Shown here: positions 47,991 to 64,000 of the stretch, in pieces | How the letters are laid out: the number at the start of each line of letters is the position of its first letter | Numbering within the stretch: position 1 is the first letter of the stretch | NCBI RefSeq assembly: GCF_009914755.1 | Contig: NC_060925.1 | From: the human T2T-CHM13v2.0 reference genome, Homo sapiens | Strand: one strand, 5' to 3' | Length of the DNA: 64,000 nt | The notes under the pieces: model-generated | Database searches by the model: none | Told to the model about the DNA's origin: nothing | The model's input: the letters and a program-made list of their open reading frames with translations, nothing else | Translations under genes and position numbers: made by a program

Positions 47991-50568
47991 TAGGGAATTA
48001 ACACTATAAAAAAGAAGGAAAATTAAATTTCTTCTAAATCAAAGGTGATGTTAAAGCAGTAATGTAAGTAGTTGAGTGTACTTACTCAACATTTTTGTTC
48101 AACATTTCTGACATTTTTTTTTTGAAGGGTGTTAAAAGAGGAGGCAGTATTTCTACCCTTGAACAGCTTTTAGGAATTTGCCTTTACTGAGATATTTAGC
48201 AAGAGTGTTGAGTTTTCTCTAAGTTTAGTAACTTGGAATTATGATCCAAGAGCTTTGACAAATCTGCAAATTTTGTGTTGTATCTCCAAGATAATTGACT
48301 TCTCTGAAGTAGTTTATGAGCATTGTTAAACCGAAAGCCTACAGAGATCTCTGCTGGGAGTTGCCACACAGCCCCTGCCGCAATCAGTCACACTTCATTT
48401 TCCTGATTCACACCTTAAGCAGCATCAGTATTCCTGGCTAAGCTTTCAAACCTATTTCCTGGGGGAATATAAAGAAACATTTTGGGAACCAGCCTTGAAG
48501 TTAGCACCCTACACTCTTCATGGGAGCTGTAAGGCTAATTAGCCAGAAAATGCCACCAGTGCAAAGCAGTATAGGATAGGGGCAGAGAGGCCTATGGGCC
48601 CAAGGAATTGGAGCTTTCCGCTTCCCCAAGGAAGAACATGCTGCTTCATCAGTGTTTTCTACCCCTGTCAGTCCCAGCCAGGAGCCTGACACAGATTAGA
48701 TTATGAGTCAGAGTTTCATCACAAACAATTGAAGTCTTCTGCCAAGAGTGTGTTTGAATTTTACTAATGTAGCTAACTTATAAAGTGAGGAAGCATCTCA
48801 AATCGTGATTAGCTTATTTTAATGAGTTTCATTCTGAGACATCAGTAATACTAAACTTAAAGCACAGCATAAAGCATTTCAAGGATCTACATCCAAGCAA
48901 CCAGAAAAAAAGTTCCACTAAAGTTACATGTGGAGGAATGTGTCATTTAGCACCTTCCAGACTTTATAAAAAGTGTTCCATGGTTTCTTTTTCCTTGGAA
49001 TCTGATTTAATGAGTCTTTGGCATTTACAGCGGCCCAGGATATATATTTCTTACCTACTCAAAAATTTTCAGGGGCTGATTACCCAGTTTTAGATTATTT
49101 AGGCTCCTTAATGGGTTTTGTTTTTTCTTTACTTCCTGCCATCTTTGGGCCACTTAAGCTACTCTAGATGAGGCATAAGGCTCTTGGCAAGTAAATTTAA
49201 CCCAGGTTCTACCTGCTCCGTGGTTCCATAGACATATATACTAGCCTGTAAGCAATTGATACCTAAAATGGGAAGGAATATGACACTTGAATACTCACCT
49301 AGTATGTTGCAAGAACAATGCAAGATGCTTTGCACCCTTCCTCCCCTCCATGTGCATCTGTGTGTGTGTAACTGTTTTAATCATTATGGTACCCTTGTAA
49401 AATAGGGATTATTCTCATTTTCAGATGAGGAAACTATGGCTTAGATAAATTTAGTGACCCTTGCTCAAAGACTCTCAGCCAGCCAAGTCTGTCCTAACAT
49501 CTATGGGGCCTTATCGTGGAAGGCGAGAAGGTTATTGTTTATGTCCTTAAATTATGTCAGATAGAGAATAAAGATCAATATAAACAACTGAGTGTAGATC
49601 ACTATAACTTACCAATTGCTTTTAGAATTTTAGAATCTAACAGATATGAAGAAATTCAGAAATCTAATGAGTGCTATTATAAATTGCAATAATTTATGAA
49701 CTAGCAATTACAGAGTATACGCCATTAATAATTTGGGATGCTTTAGTGCAGAACGCATCTCTTTATTCTGATTATGTACTTAAAGTTTAAGCAGAGTTGT
49801 TTTTTGTTTGTTTCATTACTTGTTTGTTCAACAACTTGCAGAATTTAATTCTTTCCTTTGTATCTGGTAGCACCTGAGCTTTTCCATCACCTTAATTTTC
49901 CCCTATACCTAGAATTCTAGAGCTGCTGGGCCACAAAAATAACTGTGGTTATAACTATAGCATTCATAATTTAACATTTCAGTGACTGTAACAGGTACCT
50001 GCCATTATGTGTCACTTTAGCTCCTTCTAAAGTCAGTTTCTTTAGTCCCTGAATCTCCTGTCCTTCTCAAAACTCTTATCTTCCCCCGTCTTTTCTAACT
50101 CTAGTCCCCAAAGCCTCTTGTTTCTGCCTCCAGAGAGGTAACAGCAGTAAAGGTAGACTATAAATAAGGAGGCCTACAATGATTTTTTTCAGTAATTTAT
50201 AACATCAAGAGTAACAAATTTAGCATGCAGTATTGCCTTGATGTTTTGTTTTAGACTCTTATAAGGATAAAGATAGCTTCTGAATGGATACTTATTTAGC
50301 AATATGTTTAGAAGTAGCAAGCATAAGCAATTTTATAATGGTGTTGTTCATATGTCTCATATTTTACAGAAAAGAAAGTAAGGTTTCTGCATCTCTGGAA
50401 TGATTGACTTTTTCAGATTATCAAGATGCAGCTTCCATGAAGATAATTTATATAGTTAACATTGTTACCATTGTTACTGACTATGAATCAGACAGACTTG
50501 AATATAGATGTTTGTGAAAATTTAAGATTTTGGCTAAATCCTGATATTTCTCATTCTATTCTTTCTAG

Positions 50569-50673
<105 letters not shown>

Positions 50674-50681
50674 TAGAGCTA

Positions 50682-50966
<285 letters not shown>

Positions 50967-52064
50967 AGTAATTATTTTGTTGTTGTTTTTCTTTGGGGGA
51001 AGAAATATTTTTGTTTTTAAAGTTTCCAGAATAGTTTTCCAGATTTATTAAATTTGGTGACTCACTGTCTCCTTTGAAGCAGACACTGGTTGGACATACT
51101 TATAACTTATTACTTATAGCTTATTACTTATAACTGATAACTTGGGAGGTCTAACTGACCAAAACAATCTATTGGTTGTTTACAGTGTTGGGTAGATTTA
51201 GAGGAATAGAAAAACCTTTTGATGACTACTGAGATCCTGTTTCTGCCTTAGTCAGAAGCTAATTTCCAGTAGATCACACTTGGAACATTTGCCTCTTTGT
51301 GAAGTTTAGTTATTGTATTAAATGGCAGTAGCTAGGGGATCAGTGTGCCCTTTGCTACCATGGTACAGAATGTGGTAGGCACTCTTTTTCCTACATGGCT
51401 ATGTGGCCTTCCCCTCTGCAGGCCAATGCTAGCAGGAAGCTTTCTATTGTGAACCTTAAAATGCTTTTAACAAAGGGCTCATCTTCTTGAGGATGTTTCT
51501 GGCCCCATCACCATAGTGGTCTCAGAAAGCCCTCTTTCCTGGTATCTACTGGTATCTTCCTGTCCTTCCTGTTGGCTGGACATGGCAAGGACTCCTCTCA
51601 TTGCTGAGACCCTGAGTTATCTGTTCAAATTCCAGGTTTCTAGAATTAATTAAAGTACCATATGCCATCTTTTGATCTAAAGATTTCCCTGGGGTCTTCT
51701 ACTTCACATAGGACTCTGAAGTCTGATACTTACTTTTTAAAAAAATGTGTTTTTTTGCTTATAAATTAAATTTGTGTTCTTGTGGAAAATTAGAATAGTG
51801 CAGAGAAGCACAAAGAAAACAAATCTCCCTCAGTCTTTCTAGCTAATCATTGTAATATATTGAATATGCATTGTTGCTATACAAATGCTTTATAAATAAA
51901 TTTAAAATATATATAAACAGGATGAATTGTATTGTTTATCCTTTTTTTTTGTAACTAGCTTTAGTTCACTAATACATTATGAACATCTTTCCATAAGGAA
52001 TCCGCATATTCACGGACGATTGATAAATAAAACTTTAGAGCTATTTTACTCTTCTATGATAATC

Positions 52065-52760
52065 AACATATGTTTATTTAATGCCTGCTCTCTGTGAGGC
52101 TTAATACTTTGACAGACAAAAAGATGAATGAATTCAAGTTTTCTTCTCTAGAAGCTTATCATATAATGTGGAGGTAATACCTACGTAGAAATAAGAGGAA
52201 AGGAAACTTATTACATGTGGGAAATGAAACCTTTTGAGCTGTGCTTCAAAGGCGATGTAAGACTTGGATCTGTAGAGATAAAGAAGATAAAGAAGAGGAT
52301 GGAAATGGTAGAAAAGAGAGAACAGGATGTGCAAAGGCATGGAAGTAGATTAGTGAAGAGAAAAATAATTCATTTGGTAAGAGATTCCGGTACAAAAGAG
52401 AAGCAAAGGGACGTTAGGGTCCAGATCAAGGAAAGTCTTCAGGGCTAGGCTTGGGACCTTGGATTTTATTTTGTTTGTGGTAGGATCTTTTTGAGCAGGA
52501 AAGTGGCATAATCAAAGACATATTATTGGCACTAATCTGTCCCAGTAAGAAATGTGGAACCAAGGAGACAGACCGCGAATACCAGAGTCCAACTGTAAGA
52601 AGAACCAGGTCCCTGAACTAAATAACTAACGAAAATAGAGAAAAGGGAGACACAAAAGACAGTTTTTTTTGTTTTTTTTTTTTGCTAGACGAGAAAACCT
52701 TGAAGGTGATCTGAGATGCCGAATGTGGGCATCTAGGAGAAGAGGTGGTAGACATTAACC
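52065..52760 (-). mobile_element. Degenerate L2
   Basis: tttattaatgcctgct...ttttgagcaggaaagtggcataatc. Confidence 0.6.
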
Positions 52761-53310
52761 AATACAAGGAACATTAAAGACTATGTGCTGTGGAATTTCC
52801 CATTGCTACAAATGCATGTTTTTCATTGCCAGATTATGCCATGGGTGGCCACCAAATGCAGCACTCTTCAAATAGTAATCCTGGGGACTATTCTTGAATA
52901 TTATCTGGCAAGCCCTTGAAATAATGCAAAAGGCAACAGACCCATCTGTTTGAAGATAAGGATATAAGACACAATCTAAATGCATTCTATAGTTGGAATT
53001 GGCTATTACTGGCTCTATGCATAATGTTTTGGCTTATTTAAAAGGGTTTAAGGTTTGCAGAATCTACCATGGTGATCTCTTCTTTTTAACATCAGTCAAT
53101 ACCGTCCTACTAATGGTTCCTCAGGCTTGGATCTGGAGAAATTGGAATGAAACTCAACAAACTAAACTCAGCAAGCAAGCCCTCATCACCAGAGCTATTT
53201 TTGAGTAGACTGGGTGGGATTTTTTAAATGTCTGTTTTGATAATAGAGGTAGACCATATATGTTTTTATCCAAAATTATACTTTAAAATTTCACATCCCC
53301 TGTTTTTCCA

Positions 53311-53312
<2 letters not shown>

Positions 53313-53341
<29 letters not shown>

Positions 53342-53442
53342 GTGAGGCAAGGTCTTGCTCTGTCACCCAGGCTGGAATGCAGTGGTCTGAACACAGCTCA
53401 CTGCAGCCTTGACCTCCTGGGCTCAAGCGATCCTCCCACCTT
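53313..53442 (-). mobile_element. Partial Alu (3' part of right arm)
   Basis: Poly-T then gaggcaaggtcttgctctgtcacccaggctgga. Confidence 0.9.
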
Positions 53443-53902
53443 TCATCCACTTTTCTAAAATAAAAGATTCTTATTTCAGACAATGGATTTGAACATCCAA
53501 TACTTATTTATCTAGATTTTTTCCTTTGAAAGCACCTATTTCTACCATTTCTAATACTTGTTAGCACCTTATTTCAGAATCAATAAGAAGAATATATTTT
53601 ATTTAATGTACACTTACTATTGGCCAAGTGCTATGCTAACCCCTTTGCATACTTTTTTTTCCACTTGATTGCTATAGCACAGCACTTTTCAATCATGAGG
53701 AAACTGAGTCTTAGAAAGATTAATGACTTTGCCCAAGCTCACAAAGCTATAAAGAAATGGAGCTGGCCTGCCTTAAACTCACATTTAACTCCAGCAGCTA
53801 AGTTTTTAATTTCTATGCTATGTTGCCAAACCTACTTAATAAGAGTTTTAGTCTGTATTATTTTCTGGTCATTTTAACTTTGTTTTATCCACTCTGCCAC
53901 TT

Positions 53903-54138
53903 TTTTTTAATACCTTAAATTCTGGGGTACACATGCAGAACATGCAGTTTTGTTACATAGGTATACACGTGCCGTGGTGTTTTGCTGAACCCATCAACCC
54001 GTCACCTACATTAGGTATTTCTCCTAATGTTATGCCTCCCCTAGTCCCCTACCCCTCCACCAGGCCGCGGTGTGTGATGTTCCCCTCCCTATGACCATGT
54101 GTTCTCATTGTTCAATTCCCACTTATGAGTGAGAACAT
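53903..54138 (-). mobile_element. 5'-truncated L1PA 3' end
   Basis: ggggtacacatgcagaacatgcag...cccacttatgagtgagaaca; TSD cactctgccactt at 53890 and 54139. Confidence 0.92.
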
Positions 54139-54593
54139 CACTCTGCCACTTCTTAAGGAAACTTTTGTGATTGAAAACAGGTTCTTTCTGTGACAGTAGA
54201 AAGGAGATATTTCTGTCTAGAATTCTTTTCATCAAGATTTTCTCAGCATACTAACTTGTACAAAGTGAATACTCAGCAAAGATTCTATAGGTTAATTCCA
54301 AAAGTGAGGCCAGGAATTCACTTGAACCAGTCACAGAAGGCTAGTGACAGAAAGAAACCAAATCTACTCTCCGTATGTTTCTACTAATTAAGGTAGAGTG
54401 TGCTTTACATATGGAACGCTCCAGCTTTCTGCTGCTCATTTCCGAAATGACTGGCATTTGCAGTGCTATTCATTTGTAAAATTCCTTCTAGGATCAGATG
54501 TGCTAGCATAACACATGAATTGATAAGTAGTTATGTGTACATGCTGCAAGAGTTGTTCTGTTTTCTAGTAAAAGACTCTTTTCTCATCCTTAG

Positions 54594-54686
<93 letters not shown>

Positions 54687-55164
54687 TGATAAAATTTATT
54701 TCAAAGTCACACAGGCTTGTAAGTACCTGAAAGAACCCCAAACACCACCATTTTGTATTAAAGGATTTATTAATAGGAATTATGGAGACTAGGATACCTC
54801 TCTTCTGACCAGGTGTGATTGTCTTCCCTACCAGGTGAAAGGTTATGATGCTCCCATAAATCATATGGACTGTCAGAGGCAGCTAACATGAAAGGAAGTA
54901 GGATTTGACATTGTCACAAGAAGCCCCAGAGCTTGAGATGAGAGTGGTATGAACCTGAGAACCCTCAGCAGCCCACATCTGACTGAGCCTGCATTGATGT
55001 GGCTTCAGTATGGGACTCAGTAGGATCATCCCATCACTCTCTTTATAAGTAAACACCATGGGCAATATAGAACTTAGCTGGAAAAACATGTGTTGGGTAA
55101 CTGATTCTTGCACTAAGTTTTTAGAGGTTTATTTTTAAAGAAAACCTGTGGCATTTGTTTACTT

Positions 55165-55179
55165 GCTGCCCCCTGGTGG
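55165..55179 (-). promoter_or_regulatory. CTCF core motif CCACCAGGGGGCAGC
   Basis: + strand gctgccccctggtgg is the reverse complement of the CCASYAGRKGGCRS consensus; GC-rich island in AT-rich non-repeat DNA. Confidence 0.7.
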
Positions 55180-55795
55180 TAAAATGCATTATGTTGATGC
55201 TCTATTTGAAAAAAACAGATTGCTTATTCCATAGAAACAACAGTAAACCAATGGATTGGTATTCTTAAGAGGCAATATTGTCATAGTCAACTTTTGGGAC
55301 CAGTGTTACAGAAACCTGACATCATCTTATTTGAATATGTTCAGGTTTCATACTAGTAAATAAATGTGTAGTAAGTAATTTAGCAATCTTGAAAAGTGAT
55401 TTAACCTTTTTAAGCTTCATTTTGTGTTCTATAAAATGGAGATAACATTACCTGCCTCAAAAAATCATTCTGAATGTTAAATAAGATAATGAATATAAAG
55501 TACATAGTGTATATAAAGTGCTTATATTAGTACCTGACATACAAGACCTTGTATTCCAAAAGTATTTTCTTCTTACTCATGTTACAAAATGTCAATGAGA
55601 GATTTAGTGAGTATAAGGTTTGGTGTTCTCCCTCTCTGATGTGCTAAAATTTGATGTTTGTATCTTCCCTTTCTGGTCTACTTTTGCACTTCTTTCTAGT
55701 TAGCACTTACCACTCTTTGTACATTATAGGCATACTGACCAAGATTCAGTTGATGAAGTTGAATGGCATAAAGGGGTTAACTCTCCTGAAGTGAA

Positions 55796-56003
55796 TTTTT
55801 TTTTTATTTCTTCTAACAAAAAAAAAAAAAAAAAAAGGGATACATGTGCAGAAGGTGCAGGTTTGTTACATAGGTATACGTGTGCCATGGTGGTTTGCTG
55901 TGCCTGTTAACCCATCCTCTAAGTTCCCTCCCCTCAGTCCCCACCCCCAACAACAGGCCCTGGTGAGTGTTGTTCCCCTCTTCTGTGTCCATGTGTTCTC
56001 AGT
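55796..56003 (-). mobile_element. 5'-truncated L1PA 3' end with an internal A run
   Basis: gggatacatgtgcag...gtttgttacataggtatacgtgtgccatggtggtttgctg. Confidence 0.88.
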
Positions 56004-56216
56004 GCTAAACTGAAATCTTTATGGAAATAACAAAATGAGAATTTATATTGATTATTCAGCAAAGGTTTTATTGAGCATATACTATGTGCATAGCTATTAG
56101 ACTGCCATTTTGTTATAGAAATTACACATGAAAAGGAGCTTAAAATTTTCCTGTAGGACAAGTTATGTATACATGCAAATTAAGAACTTAGGAAGCAGTT
56201 CAAGGGAGCTAAGTTG

Positions 56217-56528
<312 letters not shown>

Positions 56529-56869
56529 CTAAGTTGGATCACAATGACAATCAGCATTGTAGAGAAAACAAAATCATGAGAACTATAGACCAAAAAAGGC
56601 TTTATGGAGATTGGACTAAAGCAGGGTGGATAGAAATTAGTTAGAGAGAAGTGTTTAAACAGAACATTATAGAAGAAATGATGTGAGTGAAGACGCAAAC
56701 ACAGGAATGAGTATTTCAGTGTCTCATTACAGAGACTGATGTGATTAGAATATGTATTAAGGAACAGAGGAAAATATTGGCTAAGTAGGTGAGACTACCT
56801 AATGAAAGGCCATGACATTCAGGAAGAGGAATGTAAACTTGTCTTAGCCAGAATAAAGAAGAACAACTA

Positions 56870-57166
56870 GGCTCACGCCTGTCATTCCAACACTTTGGGG
56901 AGGCTGAGGTGGGCGGATCACTTGAGTCCAGGAGTTCAACTTGGTGAAACTCCTGGACTGGGAAACTTGGTGAAACCCTGTCTCTACAAAAAATACAAAA
57001 ATTAGCCGGATGTGGTGGCATGCACCTGTAGTCCCAGCTCCTCAGGAGGCTGAAGTGGGAGGATCGCTTGAGCCCAGGAGGCTGAAGCTGCAGTGAACTG
57101 TGAGCATGCCATGGCACTCCAGCCTGGGTGACAGTAAGAGCCTGGTACAAAATTAAAAAAGAAAAA
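56870..57166 (+). mobile_element. AluJ with an internal rearrangement
   Basis: Alu motifs; anomalous segment at 56937-56963. Confidence 0.9.
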
Positions 57167-57479
57167 GACAGTAAAGCTTCTTTTTTATTGATGATAAGGT
57201 CGCAAACAGGTAATTCATTTGATCAAGGTTACACAGCTAGTAGAACCAGGATTTAAGCCTGGAAGTCAGACTCTAAAGTCAATAACATTAGCTGTTAGAC
57301 TATACTACCTCCCCTTTCTCTAGTGCTTCCTCCTATCTCATTTGGTATGATAAATAGCTTTTGGTTTTTTCAGTTTCCTGTAATAACCTTCTTTTGTCAT
57401 GATCACCCCCCAGTTCATCCTTTACACTATAATCAGAATGAGTGTTCCCAAATATAAAGTGATATTTGACTATCACTCT

Positions 57480-58290
<811 letters not shown>

Positions 58291-58883
58291 CACCACATTT
58301 TAGCAGGTCTGCCAGACTGCAGCTCTGTCAAACTTATTGCTCTATCTTTGACATGTAGCACCAGGCTCGGTAGAGTAAATGAATACATTTTCTGTAGGAT
58401 AAAATCAGAATTCAGCAACATGGTATTTAAGGACCTTTATGACCTGGCCACAGGGATCTCTCATCTCGCTCATTGTTGAATCGCTTTCTGCTTAAGCCAT
58501 TTTAAATTCTTTGAAGTTATCTGAAGGTGCTATGTCTTTGCACATGGTGGTGTTCTCTTTGCTGAAATGTCATCCTCCCTCTTAAGTGATCAATCTATTT
58601 CTTCAGGTGGTTCAACCTAATAAAATTACTTAGCCAGCTTGGTAAACTTTTAATCATTTAAGACTCAGATCAAAACTATTTCTTTAACATTTTTAGTCAA
58701 CAGTAAATACACAACAAATATTTACAATATGCCTATACTGGGCTAATTATTCTCAGAGGTTCTTAAGAGAGTGACAAGTTTTGTTTTTACATGTCTAATT
58801 AATATTAATGAAAAGGAATACGAAGAGTGGTTTATGGATGGGATGAGAAGGAAGCCAGTGAGTACTGAGAAGGTGACCCCTAG

Positions 58884-59223
<340 letters not shown>

Positions 59224-59433
59224 AAGAGGAAGAAATTAATGGTCAGCTGGACATGGGATGAAAGAGGAGCTAATGAAAAGATGATCCAAAGTCGTCAGGC
59301 CCAAATGGTGGAGACATGCCCAGTGGCACAAAAGTGTGGTGGAGAGTTGCTTTTTGTGTGTGTGAAGAGAGGAGGATGGGCACGGTGATGGACACATTGA
59401 GCTTGTAGCAGTAGGGCATCAAAGTAGAAATAG

Positions 59434-59866
<433 letters not shown>

Positions 59867-60398
59867 GGAGTTACTTTTATTAAGCAACAGGGGTCCTCTT
59901 TGCTTAAAATTCAACAACAGGACATGTGCTTTGTTGCAAGGGTAGATTTAGGTTAGTCATGATGACCTTCCTCAGTCTACTACAGGCAAGTTCTTTAAAC
60001 TCTGAGTTTCTTTATGAAATGAGGATGATGATAGTGCTTACTTATACAGTTGCTCTAGGATTAAGTGAAATACTACAAGTAAAGCATTTGGTGTGGGGCT
60101 TGGCATCTAGTAAGAATAATGATAGCATAAAATTTCTAGAACAGATTTCAAAGAGATGCTACAATACCTTCTATTTCTAGGGTATTTCTAGAGATACTTC
60201 AGGAAAAAGGAGCACCCGTCTTGGATAGTTGGGTTCGGGCTAATGATTTTGATTGCAGCACAAGAAAAATAATTAACCTTCAGAAATGGGCCTGCATCTA
60301 TGACAATAAGCAGCATCTAAAAAAGTCATAAATTGTTTCAGAAGGTGATTTAGCCTATGGAATAGTTTGATGTTGGTTATCTCTTTTGGATACTTTAG

Positions 60399-60638
<240 letters not shown>

Positions 60639-61606
60639 TAATGGTCCAGGATACTCTAGTACTTCAGAATACACCTATCTAGGTCAGAATTGTATGATGA
60701 ATACATTTTCTGTCTGCTAATGTGTCCTGCATAATCACATTTTATATCATGTATTCTTAACGCTGATATAAACAAATATATAATTTTAAATGAAATTTTA
60801 ATAATTAAAATTATATCTTATGGGAATTTAATTAAGCATATGCTTGTTTTTTTTACCCTGAGATTTTTTGCTTACATCCTTTCTCACAGAATGTGGTCAC
60901 TTCAGTGGCTGATCCTGAAAATGAAAAACCAAACCCCCTCTGCTGTGTCTACCCTGAGAGTCACACATTGGCTGACACCCGTTCTTTCCTTTAGAGCTTC
61001 TTTTTATCTTTAGCTCATTTTGTCAAACCTCTTTCCCCATTATCTTTCTCCATATTGGCGCATAATATAATTAGAAATAGTCCTGGCTTCTGATGGACTC
61101 TTCTTCATTTCATTTTCCCAGTGATCCCTACCAGCACCATGGCTGCCATGTCACCAGCCTCCACCACACCAGCCAGCTTCCACCATGTGTCTGCTCTGAC
61201 CTTGGACATTCTTAGGGCAAAGCCTATTTCTTTGGAACTGGAATTCATTCATGCTTCTACTATCAGTAAAAATTCATCCATATGTTTACATTTATTTGTG
61301 GTTTTTAAACCTGTTATATCGGATTGCAACCTAAACCTAAATTTGGACCTAACTTGCAGGGAAAAAAAGAATAAAATGAGCTTTTCTTTCACTGTTTAAA
61401 GAAAGCACAGATTCTAGATTTTTGATAAGTCTTTTAGCTCTTAACTTTATCCTTGTACTAAGAAGCCAATTCAATCTCTCCTGGGTTTTGTGGGAGGAAA
61501 ATTGGCAGCACATACCTTGAGACTCCAAAAAGCTGCACACTTTTATTTATTTATTGGCAAAGAGAAAACATTTATTTAACTCAGATGATTTTCTTGCTTT
61601 AATTAG

Positions 61607-61759
<153 letters not shown>

Positions 61760-64000
61760 TTCCAGCCTTACCCAAGCACAAGAGCACAATGTTCAAACCA
61801 ATGGAAATCTGGGAGGATTCTTCCTGGTGTCCCTTTGAAGGAAAGTCAAGGAGGCCAGAAAACAAGCCAGAATTTTTCAGTAGCTCTCACTCTTTCTTGT
61901 ATGACACTTTTCAAAGGGATGCTATTTAAACTGACCTGTTCTATGTTGAATACCTATTTTCCAGCTTCTGGAAGGCCATGTTCAGATCCATCATAGTATT
62001 ACACATTATTTTGTTTGCCTGATGTTTAGTTGGAAATAAGTAATTCAGAACTAAATGCTTTTTTATTTAGAATTATTCATAATTATTTTTATCTTACATA
62101 AAAATGGAGACATCTGTTATTCCAAGGTTGAAGTGATAAGAAGATCTTTGTCACAGGAAAAAAAAAATTGAAACCTAAACATCTTAAGTTTTCAGGATTT
62201 ATTCAGATAAAGCACACTGTGGGGCCAGGCATGACCACTCTCAGGTTTCCTCCTGAGCCTGATTCCCAGGGAAGTGTTAATCCTGTCCAAAGGAAAGAAC
62301 CAATCAGCGATCATTGGTTTACTTTCATTTTCTGTTCGGTACATCTGGAAATGAAGTGCCAGGAATAGACGGGCTGTTCAGATTATACGCTAGGTAAAAG
62401 GAACTGAAATTTTAATAAGTGTAGGTCAGGATCATTTGGGCTGTGGTATTCTAACAGATCCTTTTAAGAATGCCACATAGGACTTGTGAGTTCCTAAGTA
62501 CACCAAAGTATGGACACAGATGTGACTTCTGGCAATTATAAAGTTAAAGGTGGATATTGCACCTTACAGACTTAGGGAGCCTTTACCAGAGACGCCTAAA
62601 AAGCCCCAGGTTCAGCCATTGTGCTGAATAGAGTGGAATATAGAACCAGGGACAGAGTATTTCATTTAACGTTGATATATACTTGCTAAGGAAACACTAA
62701 CAATACTGTAACTTTGTTAAAGGACATAGTATTGAAATGGGAAATAGAGGTCAGGCTCACATCATCTTAGTTTAATGCTGGGCAACTTTTTCTGATTTCT
62801 GTAGTTCCCTGAAAATGTGTCCTTCGTACCCATAAAGAGATACAAATGCATTTGTAACATTTTTGATTGAATATAAAACCTTTACAGAAATACTTATCTC
62901 ATGGAAAGGTAAAGCTATTGTTTAAAAATTAGTGGAAATATTTTTTCAATTATATTTAACATGCCTATAAAAATAGTCCTTGCAGGAAATTATTTGATAA
63001 GAGCAAAACTATTTTTATTTTATAAACTATTTTGGAGGCCTCTGATCCTTTCAAACCAACCAAACTACTATTAGATATGTACAATAACATTTGTTGATAT
63101 TAATCATTGGCCTCATTGTTGAACATATTATTTGCAAAGAATCTTAAACTCTGTAGTGCCAGAATGATTCTCATCTGTGCCATATTTTGCAATTAAAAGT
63201 AACACACCCTTAGAAGAATCAAATAAGAGCCATCTACATCCCAGGAGGATGCACCAAGTTGCTCACAGTGGATCTTTTCCTCTAAAATGATCTTTTATGT
63301 TCTAAAAAGTGAAATCCCCTTTATCTGTGTTTATATTCTCTACAGCCCATAAAACTGATGTGATTGTTATGTTATACTCATCAGATAATACTTTTCTTAC
63401 ATAAATCTTTCATTGTTGTTCTGACATCTTTCATTACAAAATTTATTTTCTTAACAAAAAGGAACATAACCCAGCATTCCAAGTGTCTGTGTTGGCTTTA
63501 ACATTCTCTACATGGTGGTCTAGATAAGCTAATTTTTTTTTTTTTTTTGTAAAATGTAATAGCTAGAAAATGTTATCTTGGCGCTTGTTTTTGTAAATCA
63601 TTTAGTATAGGCTGTTAGCTTTACTGGTACTTTACGCTTTGATTCCAAGAAGCCTTGTGCAGTTGCCTTATCAAATGGCCAGCTAAATTAAAGATGCTCT
63701 TTTGTGTTGTGAATTTCATAGTTCTGTACAGAGCTTGTTTCAATTTACAAAAATAAGTACATTCCACAGAATGCCTAAAGTGTGTAATTTTCTTTAAATA
63801 ATAGTAGGTGAGGGAGAAACATAATGGCTCTAGGTCAATCCCTTATCTAAAGACCTTGTTCAACTTCATAGTCCCTTTCCTTTTAAAGAGGAGAAGAGAA
63901 AAATCCCCCCTGGCCAGGCATGGTGGCTCACATCTGTAATCCCAGCACTTTGGGAGGCTGAGGTGGGTGGATCACCTAAGGTCAGGAGTTTGAGACCAGC
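61760..64000 (+). other. RABGAP1L: Long 3' UTR of the distal isoforms, probably extending beyond the window
   Basis: Follows the stop codon; repeat-poor and AU-rich to ~63900; I saw only variant ATTAAA hexamers (63192, 63687) and no AATAAA. Confidence 0.7.
63912..64000 (+). mobile_element. Alu 5' end, cut by the window edge
   Basis: ggccaggcatggtggctcacatctgtaatcccagcactttgggagg. Confidence 0.95.

Overview
Human-like primate genomic DNA (AT-rich, Alu-dense) holding the 3' end of RABGAP1L (Rab GTPase-activating protein 1-like) on the + strand. Positions 1-29250 are mostly one long intron. An internal coding exon (29251-29343, VPTKK...DRYK) is followed by a proximal terminal exon (29685, FVYL-stop). 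Six distal exons (41053-61759) encode a 240-aa coiled-coil C-terminus, followed by a long 3' UTR that probably runs off the window. An internal first exon (ATG 36737, MIENSSWSMTFEE, GT at 36776) would give a 253-aa coiled-coil-only protein without the TBC domain. All coding junctions are phase 0. The rest is about 45 Alus plus L1, L2, MIR, MER DNA transposons and a truncated LTR22-like ERVK LTR. Almost all entries in the ORF track are Alu-derived or chance ORFs. I found no convincing wholly new biological system. The best leads are: (1) several stop-bearing alternative acceptors and internal first exons that could split the gene into a GAP half and a coiled-coil half; (2) a CxxC (possible zinc-hook) motif in the coiled coil; (3) a consensus CTCF site at 55165; (4) a stop-free circRNA candidate; (5) repeated-target Alu insertions and template-switch scars. 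Exon coordinates were counted base by base. Repeat boundaries and subfamily names are approximate and called by eye.
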